DNA from: Octopus vulgaris
Taxonomy: Eukaryota
Direction: 5' to 3'
Assembly: GCA_951406725.2 (NCBI GenBank)
Contig: OX597818.1
Location: 27,342,001-27,406,000, forward strand
DNA: 64,000 nucleotides
Position 1 is the first letter of the stretch. Every line of letters starts with the position of its first letter. Below are positions 1 through 11,292 of the stretch, piece by piece. The notes beneath the pieces are model-generated. The model had not been told where the DNA came from. It saw only the letters and a program-made list of their open reading frames with translations, and did no database searches. Made by a program: the position numbers and the translations under genes.

Positions 1-72
<72 letters not shown>

Positions 73-115
73 TTTATATAAAAATGCGTGTATATATGTG
101 TCTGTGTGTGTGTAT
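1..115. repeat. (TG)n microsatellite
   Basis: Direct reading. Confidence 0.95.
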
Positions 116-119
116 TTCT

Positions 120-272
120 TTTATTCCTTTATTTGCTTCAGTCATTTGACTGCGGCCGTGCTGGAGCACCACCTTTAGTCGAACAAATTGACCCCAGGAC
201 TTATTCTTTGTAAGCCTAGTACTGTACTTATTCTATCGGTAACTTTTGCCGAACCGCTAAGTTATGGGGACT
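120..272 (-). mobile_element. 3' fragment of tRNA-derived SINE (same family as 1425-2108)
   Basis: Closely matches 1440-1570 and 33185-33320 (gactgcggccgtgctggagcacc...gaccccaggacttattctttgtaagcctagtact). Confidence 0.85.
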
Positions 273-399
273 TATAGGACAGAAACAATTTAAAAAAAAT
301 TATCATTATCTTTCAATATCTTCAAATTCCACCTTTTAACATAGTCACAAAAATAAACCGGCGGAACATTTTGCAAAGTTTACTAATATACATATTAAA

Positions 400-980
400 C
401 AGTTAGGGACATTTTCAAGAGCTTTTAACTTTCTTGAAAGAGAATATCATGAAAACATCCTATCGGTTTATGATTAACTTGTTCACGAATGAGAATTATA
501 TGAAAAAGAAAATGTTTTGTGAGTAGAGTGGTATAAAGGTATGCAGTCCTGATACTCAAGGGAAAATGCTCTAGCCGTCTAAGAGCATGATGTGAAGGCT
601 TACTGAATCTAGTTTGACAATGCTATCGACTGTATGCTACAAGTCTGTCACTTCTTTGGCTTGGAGGAAAATTGTTGTACATTTTTCGAGCCCCTCTATA
701 TCTGATAGAGACAGCTTCAGAGGAAACTAAGCTAATAACTACCTGTACTCAAACGTCTATTGGACACATGGTGGTGTGCATGTCTTTCAAGTGTAAATGA
801 CAGCCTGACTTTTATAAGTGTTTTGATAAAATACCTGAGGATCCATTTGAAGAAGCGAAGAAACATACGGATATTTTCCACCTTTGCCGAAAAGTGGAAA
901 ATTTAGGGACAGGTATTCTACTGTCTGTACAACGACTTTACAATGATTCCAACACGTACTAATGACTATTTTTCAATTAC
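400..980 (+). pseudogene. Degenerate hAT transposase fragment
   Basis: Broken frames give KGMQS..ENALAV...LNLV..NAIDCMLQVCHFFGL and LKRLLDTWWCA, resembling the hAT motifs KGVQARI..HCxxHxLNL and LKxLxxTRW; many stops and frameshifts. Confidence 0.55.
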
Positions 981-1424
981 GGGGGCTTATATCTCCTAAT
1001 ATTTTGATTATTTTCTGTATGCGATGAAGGCTTATAATTCTCTTTACAGTATCTCACTCACCGCCGTTTCCTAATTCACGCAGAATTCGCACATGTTTAC
1101 GCCCGCCCGTACTTACATTTTTCAATGTTCAACAAGAAAGAATTGTATAACTATTTGAAACAAATAACATCCTGAAAACTGTCACAACACTTCTTTGGGA
1201 GAAGCATTACAGAGCCATTGTTCAGTTACGAAGTGGAATGCGTTATCTTTAAGTTTATTAAACAGAAATAATCAGAAAATATAAGCGCAGTGTGAAAATG
1301 TATGTAAGTGATAGACTTGTACAGGAAACCGACCCGTTTCAATCTTTTGCTGCTAGTCATTGATTAGCTCTGTTGTGCCGGGAATAAACAGATGAATACT
1401 CACTCAAATGATTTTCTGTTCTTT

Positions 1425-1662
1425 TACTTTCTTGTATTTGTTTCAGTCATTTTGACTGCGGCCGTGCTGGAGCACCGCATTTAGTCGAGCAAATCGACCC
1501 CAGGACTTACTCTTTGTAAGCCTAGTACTTATTCTATCTATCTTTCCGAACCGCTAAGTAACGGGGACGTAAACACACCAGGATCGTTTGTCAAGCGATG
1601 TTGGGTTACAAACACAGACACACAAACACATACATACATACATACATACATACATACATACA

Positions 1663-1746
<84 letters not shown>

Positions 1747-2108
1747 ATCCAAACAAGAAGGCACAAAAAAACACAACAACGCGAGGACGTGGAACAAATA
1801 TAGTATTATTGGACGCTCAGGAAAGAAGGAAAGAAGGAGGGTTTAACGTTTCGAGCGGAGCTCTTCATCGGAAACATAGGAGAAGGAAAGATCCAGAGAA
1901 GGGAAGACAGAGGAAAAAAATCGCCAACGGTACACACGAGGTCACATTTTATACACACACCGGGCTTCTTTCAGTTTCCGTCTACCAAATCCACTCACAA
2001 GGCTTTGGTTGGCCCGAGGCTATAGCAGAAGACACTCGCCGAAGGTGTCACGCAGTGGGACTGGACCCGGAACCATGTGGTTGCTAAGCAAGCTACTTAC
2101 CACACAGC
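1425..2108 (-). mobile_element. tRNA-derived SINE with internal microsatellite, interrupted by a Penelope-like fragment
   Basis: Reverse complement of the 23957 SINE (head at about 2050-2108); internal (CATA)n(TA)n at 1628-1741. Confidence 0.85.
1742..1950 (-). mobile_element. Penelope-like pLTR fragment with minimal hammerhead motif, inserted in (TA)n
   Basis: Absent from the other SINE copies in the window; minus strand 1875-1841 reads GTTT-CCGATGA-A-GAGC TCC GCTC-GAAA-CGTT-AAAC. Confidence 0.6.
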
Positions 2109-3275
2109 AACCTTGAAAATTATTTTGCGATTGAAGAATGAAATACAAGCCACAATTATTTTCTTTCTGTCTAGAACCCAGACTTGCAGACGGATAAATT
2201 CAATTCAAAGAGTATATAAAACTTTATGTGCATGTATTTGTACTGACACTGGATGTAAATTAGAACGACATAAGTTGAGGCAGTTTGTGCCAAATAAATT
2301 CTCTTCAGCTTTTCCAACCCTTTGAATGTATCCAAGCATGTTGGTATCCAATTATAATGGAGATAAATGATTTTCTCCTTTAAAAAGAATAAGGAAAAAC
2401 TGAATAATGTCCTGCATACTAACTCGGAGTTTTAGCGTAAAATTAACTGTAAAAATGTTACTAATGAATTTGACCAGTAAAAATTTAGTTTATTTTTCGA
2501 TTATTACTACTATTTAATTTCACTTTTCATGTGACAATAAAGCAAAATTTAATTTATTGTTTTCTATATTTAATTCGATTTTACTCCTAGTCATCCCGTT
2601 TTCCGAAATAAATACTCTAGTTTGATTATAATTTTTTCTACTTATACATATATTTTTGTCGAGCCCCCATATCTTAAGTTTCAGGCTTATAACTGTGTGT
2701 GTGTGTGTTTGTGTGGGTGCGCGCTAGTGAGTGTGGGTGTGTATAATAAAATTTATTTAAAACAAACTTTTTATTAATATACGTATGTAGAAACATTCAT
2801 TATTACTTATCTATCTCTTCAAGTATTTGACGTGGCTTAAGATTCACTTTATAGTTGTATGAAATGCTTGAAAATTTGTTTCCTTTATTGTTAACAAGAA
2901 TTTACCCCCATTTACCCTACTCGACAGCAGAATTGGTGTTGCTGGAAAGTTTATTGCACAATATCCGTCAGTGTTTTATATCAAGATAACTTTTTATTTA
3001 TTTGTTTAATAAGCATTTAACACGAGTCCTTTGGTATGTGCAAAGCAAAATATAGTTATTCTCAAAACTAAACCTATCGATATAATTTGAACGCAGAACG
3101 TCAAGTGTTTGTTTCTACGCCAACTCGAGTTATATTTTATAAAAATAATAATGCTGAACTCTGGAATATAGGACACTTGATAAGTGTTGACTGCTTACCA
3201 ATGTGACGGATATGGATTTCTGGGAGAGGCTGTTGATATATATCCTAAATAGCAACAACGAAAGAAAAAAATAAA

Positions 3276-3371
3276 TATAAAGTGTGACAACGTCAAAGTG
3301 GGAGGCGTTTATCTGAGACTGTGCGTGTTTGAACAAAAGCATTCAGTTCAGGCTTCTTGCGACTGGTAAGT
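3276..3371 (+). promoter_or_regulatory. Putative promoter and non-coding first exon of the tetraspanin gene
   Basis: TATAAA at 3276, Inr-like TCAGTT at 3343, consensus donor CTG|GTAAGT at 3365/3366. The start-codon exon has a pyrimidine tract and AG acceptor just before the ATG (about 4849), which implies an upstream exon. Confidence 0.55.
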
Positions 3372-4858
3372 TCGAAATAACATTTATATTCTTTGTTGTT
3401 TTACGATGTATACGGTCGACCAAGTATTAATCTTCAGTCATCAAATATTTTATTTGTAACATAGAATATGGTTTCAATATTTCTATATGCCACACCACCA
3501 CCATATCGGTTTATTAGCATTTAATGAAAATCAATTAAAAATACCTATCTACATTTAAGAAACCTGATTTTTTTTTTTCTTTTTGAATTTGTAAAATACT
3601 ATATTGTAACGTTCAGAGAGCAAAGGAGAAAATCGAATCGATATTTGTTTTATGAGTTAAAAAGTATGTATCCTTGTGTATTTTAACTTAAATTCCCTTC
3701 CCAAAGTATTGATAATGAAATCTTTCAAACTTAGAAATATAACCATTGTTCAAAAACGTTTCTACTTCCTTCGGCCTGCTTGTGTTCATTAAAATAATTT
3801 TTAATAGCTAGCTTTTGCCAAAGAAAAGTAATTCCATTATGAGTTCTATAAAGACTATATTTGGGCGAAGTGTCATGAGATTGTTCCAGGCGAAATAGAT
3901 TGAGATCATATAAAAATACTCAGATACATAAATGGTTATTAATTCAGAGTGTAATTAATGTGAATTTTGATGTTTATATTTTCTATATTATGTCGTCAAT
4001 GTGTCAAATAGAACTTGTAAAAACATTGTAAATGAGAAGTTACCTACTGCATACTTAGAGCTAAACGCTAAGTTGCAAAAAAGGAGATCACAGTTGATGT
4101 ATATTCATCCGTGTGCATTCTTGACGGTATTGTTTTAGCGTAACATAATTGATGTATTGTAACAATTATACTTAATTATCGACGCCAGAAGCGTAATGGA
4201 TAAGTACATGCGAATTCAGAACTCTATGATTCACCCTGTTTCTACTCAGTTTCTTTATGTACGTAATTTCGGTCGGCAGAACGAAAGTAAGAAACTTGTG
4301 GTGTAATACAGAGTTTATCAACTTAAAAACGAAGATACTACCAAATATAGCGAATACTTTTTCTCCCGCTTGGATACTTAAACGCTGTACAATATAGTAA
4401 ATTTATTGATTCAACAGATTGTCTAATTTTTTAGTGAATGGGGATGCTATTTGTCATTACATTAACTTTGCATTTTTTTTAAAGGAGTGGTTACATTCTT
4501 TTCACATCAAATTAATTTACTAACTTGTAAATTGTAATTCTACTGTTATTGTGATAACAGCTGACATAAATATTCGTTTGGTTTCAAGTTTTCAGGTCTT
4601 AACATGACAACTTGTTAAATTCGTTGATTTTATTTAAAATATCTTGCAACAGTTATGAAGATTAAAATATTTTAATTCCATTCTAAATGGTAACTTTGTA
4701 CCTTTTCATGTCTAATCCTAATTTGTACAACGTAAATTATACGTTTTGAATTTTCTTTTGTAGCGCTTCTGTTAGTTTATGTATAGATTTTACATCTTTC
4801 TTGAATTCCAAGAACCAATCGAATTTTTCCTTTTATTTTTTTCTACAAGAGACGAATC

Positions 4859-7800
4859 ATGTCTTGCCTACACAACTTTGGTCGGGTAATCCTCATAACA
4901 TTAAACGTTATTTTCGTCGTAAGTATATTTTATTCCATTTGGGAAATTCAGTTTTCGATAAGAAACTGACGAAACTAGCATGTTAAACTAAAAAGGGAAA
5001 TCTATTAATCTTATTCAGTAATATTTCCGATTCCGTCATCTTAGCTCTCTACACTAACTACTACGTTGTTTAGTTTTGTTCTGAGTCCAGATGTAGTTTG
5101 GGTTGACTTTGTGGTTCGCATTTGGGACGATAAATAGAAATCTACTGGATTTCAATGCAGTTAAACTCTCATCAAATTTAGTGTAAAAAAGAATATATTT
5201 CCAAGAGAATCGAACTGGATTTGAGAAACCACATATTTGTACAGATAATTTTTAGATTGTTGGTAGAAGCATCAATCTTGAAAATGACCAAGACTTAATT
5301 TTTTGAAGACTGAAATAGATTTGATTTAATATTACCAACTCAAATAAGTTTTAAAGTACCTCTGACTTTATAAATAACCATGTTGACTCTTCTTCGCCCT
5401 CTCGATTGAACCCACGCCCGCATACCCCGTGTAGTTTAGAGGGCTGTGTCTATTGCCTTCACAGGGTCATCTCTCTGAGACCCGTGAGATCGACATGGTT
5501 AATATTACTCTTGAATGGGTTCAAGGAGACTGGTGGAAGGGGAAGGTATGAAACGAATTGGAAGGCCAGCCTGCTGGGGAGAAAATCTGGGCGCAGTTAA
5601 TGCGAGGAGGGGCTACTGATGAACATGGAATGATGAATAAGATTTACTTATTCAGGAGTACGTGAATGGAGGAGGAACGATACAAACCAGCTCCGAGGAG
5701 CTGATACTTCTTTATAGTCATGATAGAAATCGTAGACACTAAGTCTGTAGGATAGAAGTAAACTTTCCTTTATTGATTCTTGCCTTGCTTGGTAGATGGA
5801 ATTTGGAAACAAATGCTAAGCCAATAAAGTGTCAATTCTTTCGAGTTTTAATTTTATCTAAATACTTCATTTATTTCTGGTTGATTTAACTATGTTAATT
5901 GTTTGAACTAATCTGACTTCGCTTTTTCTTTCGACAAGATCACTGGAATTGGTATTTTGGGCTTGTGTATATTTTTGAAAGTAGACCAAACCAGCAAAAT
6001 TATTCAAGATGTAATTGAAGAACATGCCGATGCCAAAGACTTCACCAAATCTATCATAGTACTGGTAGTTTTGGGTGCAGCAATCTTGTTGATAAGTTCC
6101 CTAGGATGTTGTGCTGCAATCTTCGAAAATCGCTGCTTGCTAGGAATGGTACGTAAGCTATTTGTTCTACGTTCACAAAATTCATGTTAACCACATTGGT
6201 TTAAATGCAACTGTGTTAAAGACGTGCTTTAAATTAAGAGAAAAATTAAGTTTTGTAATATTTGCGGACGAGATTATCTGGCTTTCACCTTGTTTCAATG
6301 TTATTAAATTCTGTTTTCTTTTAGTATATTTTCCTATTGAGTGCTATTACTGTTGCTGAAACTGGAGCTGGTATTTTTGTAGCAGTTGTGAAACACAAGG
6401 TATTTAGTATATGCTCAGAAACACTGGATGTTTTCGGTTTGAACGGCAGTTTTTTCTAGCGGTGTCATGTGAAATTGTCACCCATAATTATGACCCTAGA
6501 ATCGATCTATTGCATTTCAATCTCTTTTAGGGTTAGGGTTAGTTAGGGGTGGGTGAAAGGTATCTTTTTTTCTTCACATAAGTAAATAAACCCAATCTGT
6601 TTCTTAAACGAGGGACATATTCATACGGCACAGAATGCTTTTTAACTCAATAGACGTCACTGATTGGTTGAAATTGAAGAAAAAAACAACATATCTTACA
6701 AACTATAGAATTTTCTCAAAGCCAAGAGAAAAAGATGTTTTATAAACACATTCTACCAGTATACGAAGTTTAAAATTTTTTAGTTACCTAGAAATTGTTA
6801 AAAACTGCCGTTCAAACCGAAAAGATCTGAAACCCTTTTTGTAATGTTTCTTTTCCCCACCTAATTTCAATCATTTGTCCCGTCAGCCTGTATTTTTGTC
6901 TGGAAGGTAATAAATGTTTCAAATATCGATAATAAACAGTATTGCTAACGATTACAAAATTTTATACATTGCATTTTAATCATTCAGCTTATTTTCCATT
7001 TTTAAGCATTTCATGTATGATGTTAGTATTTTGTAACAATTGAACTTAGCTTGTTGGATACAAGACAGCAAATATTGTACCATGTATAAGAAAGGTAATT
7101 CATTGCCTTAGCTAATATTACTGCGTTGATTGTGTTTGCTCACCGGTTTGGTGTGCTGCGAATTGATCAAACAACGGTTAAAGTAATTTTGTTCATAGTT
7201 GTTTAACTTAATGCTTTGTTTCAGATCCGGAGTCATATTGCAGAAGCGGCCAACGAAGTGATTCGAGAGAAATATATCAAAGATAAAGAAATTTCTCGTA
7301 CCATCGATATTCTTCAAGAGAAGGTATCTATCTGCTACTACAATCTTCGAATATTTTAAAATATTTTGTAGCTGAACTTGTAAGAATTCTTTTGCCCGTT
7401 TCCAGGAAATATTATGGAAAATGAATAGACTTATTTAAATTAAATACGCTTACTAATCTCTGGTCAGTTTAACAGTGACGTTTTCACTATTGACGAGATA
7501 ACTTTCGAAATCGTTTAGTATTTCAACTTATTTGCCGTTTGAACTTCTAAGCTCAAATTGAAACAACTTTTATGCTAGGCACTTTTAATTTAAAAATTAT
7601 GTCCATGAATGTATGCAAATTTCATTTAATTAAAAAAAAAAGTTATTAAACATCTCGAATCAGTAAATCGTATTTTTATTCGAAATGAATACCTTTTTTT
7701 TAAAAAAAAATTCTAGCACTAAAACAGTTTAATATTGCAAATACTACCACCTAAGAAATCAAGTTGATATAAACTCTATTCTTGCCTTAAATTTGGTCTT

Positions 7801-10688
7801 CTGTTAACTCTTTGTAAAGGACTGAGGTGTGAAGGAAAGAAAAGTGGGTAGGTGCAGTTTGGTGTTAAGATTTAAAATCAAATGTATCCAATATAAAGAT
7901 TGCAAAAATATCTCTGCATTAAAATGTTTTTCTAAAATTTCAGTTGAAATGCTGTGGAGCCAATAATTACACTGACTATTCCTTTTTGAAACTCGATGTA
8001 AGTGAAATTTTCTATGCTATCTAACTGGATTTATCTCTCCAACCACCCTGTAGGGATATAATTACATCATTAAGTCAGCGAAACGTCGTTAGTTGTAGAA
8101 TTGTTACTTCATGCAAGTGAATATAAGTTAACTTTTAAGAGTTGTTAGTTCAGCTGCAACTGTTCCTGGTGAATGTAGTCAATTAGGTTGGTGACTGAAA
8201 TGGTAGCAATATTGGTTAATATGACCTGTTAGGGAAATAACAATATGCAGAGGTCGAAACCGCTCATATTCTATTCCTTTCAGAAAAGGGATTGTGTCTT
8301 AGTAAATGGGTATATCGATATTTTTTCAGTTTAGGAGTTAAAATAAAATTTTAAAGAACTTCTTAGAATTTTATATTAGCCAACTCAAAAAGGACATTTA
8401 TGTTTATCTACGTCTGCTATTTTAAATTTCTGAATCAAATGATTTCAAATTTCAGAACGCGATGAACTATCTGGCGAGCTATTTTGAAGATCTACGACTA
8501 GAATGTAGAATGCCAAGCCGAGGGAATTATAACTTGGTTATAGAATTCCACTTTTAGTTAGAAAACAGTTAACAAATTTGAAAGAAAAGGAACATTTCAT
8601 ATTGACTTAAATTATAACTAGTGTATTGGTATTTCTTGACACTAAAAAAAATTGAAACCAAGACAGAATACTGAAGATGGGTCAGATGAATTTCTTCATT
8701 CAGTTTTCTTTCAATAAAGATATATACGAGCATGGAACTGAAGTGAATATTTTGCATCGGAAATTTTATCTTTACCATTAAAGTTTTATCCATTTACTCA
8801 ATGACCACACATCACCAATAGATTGATTTTAGAATTTGGACACTTGAACTATAAGATTGTGGAAATATATCGTTTGTTGATTTTAAAATGTTGCAATTAT
8901 CAATGCTTTTATTCAGTTGAACACATTTTTATATTACCACCAATAGAAAAAGAGCATGTTTGCAAAATATGTGCATTGGTCCTAAGATTTTAATATTTTT
9001 AAGAATGCCTTTATTATTTTAAAATTCTGTTCCTATGCAGATCTCATTGTTTAAAAAAAAATTTTTTTGAACAAGAACAATTCTATGGTTATAAAGTTGA
9101 CAATGTACTTTGTACAGTAATTTTTTAACTTATTTCCGTAGGTTGGTAAAGTCCCATATTCTTGTTGTGTTATGAAAAGTGACGATGATAATCCTGTACC
9201 ACAGAATAAGACCCTTTGTGAGCTAGAAGCTGTAAATCCCTTTTTACACGATGCAAAATATCTGCATACAGAGGTAATATTTTTCACGGATTTTATTGAA
9301 TATCTTGATGTTTCCTAACAATTTCTATTGATGCACTCCTAAGAGACTAAAACTTCAGAAAGTTGCTTCGTCAAATTTAGTTTCTACTTTTAAAAAGGAT
9401 ATGCGAGTAGACGGCTATAAAGCTGTGATTGTAATTAGATTTTTCTGGCTAAAGAATTTGTTACTTCTAGATTTTAAAAATTTTGTTCCTTTTTTTGAAA
9501 ATTTAGGGTTGTGTTGATTCTTTGGAAGTACTGGTGAAGAAATACAGTTCTATTATACTTGGTGTTGCCCTTGGTATTGCTGCATTCGAGGTAAAGACTA
9601 ACAGATCATTTTTACTTTGAGCTTGAAATTTTTTTAAATAGCAGCTAGGACTACATTATCCAATATGTCTTAAGATGAAGTGTTTTGCACTGACCCATTC
9701 TATCAATCATCTTTCTTGTAGGCACAGTCTACTTCAGACTTTTTAAGAGGGTAGGTTTAGGGGTTGAGAAGGATTTAACTGATATTTCGAGCAAGTCAAG
9801 CAACACTGGGTTTCTCAGACGTTTGTCGTCTTGCTGTGGTGAAGTTAATGTTTGGGAAAATCCTATTGAAGGATTGAATATTCACTTCATGAATTCTGTG
9901 AGGATATCAAATCTGACTATTCTCTAATAAACATTTAGAGCAGGCAGTAAAATCGTTTGCTTTAAATAGGAATCTGGACGAAAGCCTCGGCTTTAGCTTG
10001 AACACCAAAGAAAAAGAGGTTCTTGTGTGCGGCTAACAAAACATTACTTTGAATTGTTTTAGCATCATTTATAACGAAGATAATGGGTGTAATGTGACGG
10101 TTATTAATGTATTTGACATGTAAGAACTGGTTGTAATAGATATTCAGTATATTTTATCGTTTGGTAGTTGAGAATTTAAAATTTTAAAACTTTTTGTGGC
10201 GTGTTCCTTTTTGTCTCCATCAAATGGTAGACGGTGATCGTGAACTAGTCGCAGTTTATCAACTGTTAATTGACACTCAAAGGTAATGTTTGAAAAATCT
10301 TTTAGAAATTTGAAACAATTTCTTGTTCAATATATAAGGTTCCTTAAGTTCCTACACTTACAGAAAGTCTAACCGGCTTTCCTAATCTATATTCTGCTTT
10401 TCACAGCGATCGCATGTTATGCTTTAGACATGTTACAAAATCGGAGACAATCGAAATATATTTTGATGCAAACATTCATTTTCATAAAACTGTCTCTTAT
10501 TAAATAAGAATTTATAAAACGTGAAACGTCCACGGTGTTGTTTCTTATTAGTGACACAATATTAACTTTTAAAAATGGGATGCATTGTAAAATATCTGAA
10601 CTCTTATTTGCAGGTATTTTTAATATTTTTGGCATGTTGCATCTGTCGCGAGAAAACTGATGAAGATAGAATTGGTTTAATTCACTGA
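4859..10688 (+). CDS. Tetraspanin family protein (CD63/TSPAN-like), 8 coding exons, 262 aa
   Basis: Exons spliced by hand at GT-AG junctions, all phase 0: 4859-4918 (MSCLHNFGRVILITLNVIFV), 5939-6148 (ITGIGILGLC...SLGCCAAIFENRCLLGM), 6325-6399 (YIFLLSAITVAETGAGIFVAVVKHK), 7225-7323 (IRSH...IDILQEK), 7944-7997 (LKCCGANNYTDYSFLKLD), 9142-9273 (VGKVPYSCC...LHTE), 9507-9590 (GCVDSLE...GIAAFE), 10614-10688 (VFLIFLACCICREKTDEDRIGLIH*). Four hydrophobic segments, with CCG, PxSCC and GC motifs in a 6-Cys large extracellular loop. The orthologue cannot be assigned by eye. Confidence 0.95.
5381..5737. repeat. GC-richer intronic insertion, possible solo LTR
   Basis: Composition shift relative to the intron; TG...CA ends are possible; no TSD found. 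Confidence 0.3.
6427..6827. mobile_element. MITE in tetraspanin intron
   Basis: About 28-bp terminal inverted repeats gatgttttcggtttgaacggcagttttt / aaaaactgccgttcaaaccgaaaagatc; internal TTAGGG-like repeats. Confidence 0.85.
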
Positions 10689-10985
10689 ATTTCTAAGTCG
10701 TCTTTTTGAACTAATTGTTCAACCAACTGATTTCATGCCTTTCTGGAGACGCGGATTCATTTTCTTTACCCACCTCATATCTATATATATATAAAATAAA
10801 ATGACTGATCACAACTTCCTAGAGAAGACTGAAGATCAACTGAAACACTTCAATAAAATTTCTTTTCAGAATTTTTCTATAACATTATACAGTTAAGATG
10901 GTTGTTTTGTAAATTTCATCAAAATAAAGCTTTTTTTTTTTTTTTTCTCTCCCACACTTGCTAAATTTTACATTTGAATAAAAAT
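10689..10985 (+). terminator. Tetraspanin 3' UTR with candidate polyadenylation signals
   Basis: Several AATAAA hexamers after the stop (about 10795, 10852, 10923, 10977) and a T-rich tract at about 10931. Confidence 0.45.
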
Positions 10986-10994
10986 TGTATATTC

Positions 10995-11292
10995 TTCTAT
11001 TTGTTTGTCCATTTGACTGCGATCATCCTGGAGCACCGCCTTTAGTCGAACAAATCGATCCAGGACTTTTTGTAAGCCTAGCACTTATCCTATCGGTCTC
11101 TTTTGCCGAATCGCTAAGTTACGGGGACAAACACACCAGCATCGTTGTCAAGCGAAGGTGGGTGGAGACGCACGCGCGCGCCTGCACGTCGGGCTTTCAG
11201 TTTCCGTCTACGTTATCGTAGACACTTGTCCAACGTGCCACGCTCTGGGATTGAACCCAGAACCATGTTGCTGATAAGCAAGCTACTTACAA
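10995..11292 (-). mobile_element. tRNA-derived SINE (23957 family), diverged
   Basis: Matches 1425-2108 and 33180-33550. Confidence 0.8.

Noticed and set aside
5612-5660. CTGATGA..GAAT hammerhead candidate
   Set aside because: GAAT instead of GAAA, those bases are locked in a GAATAAG/CTTATTC hairpin, and there is no convincing stem I.
6527-6549. Interstitial telomere
   Set aside because: Only about three TTAGGG-like units, internal to a MITE.
10825-10856. CTGAAGA-TCAACT-GAAAC in the tetraspanin 3' UTR
   Set aside because: No stem II or stem I pairing; probably chance.
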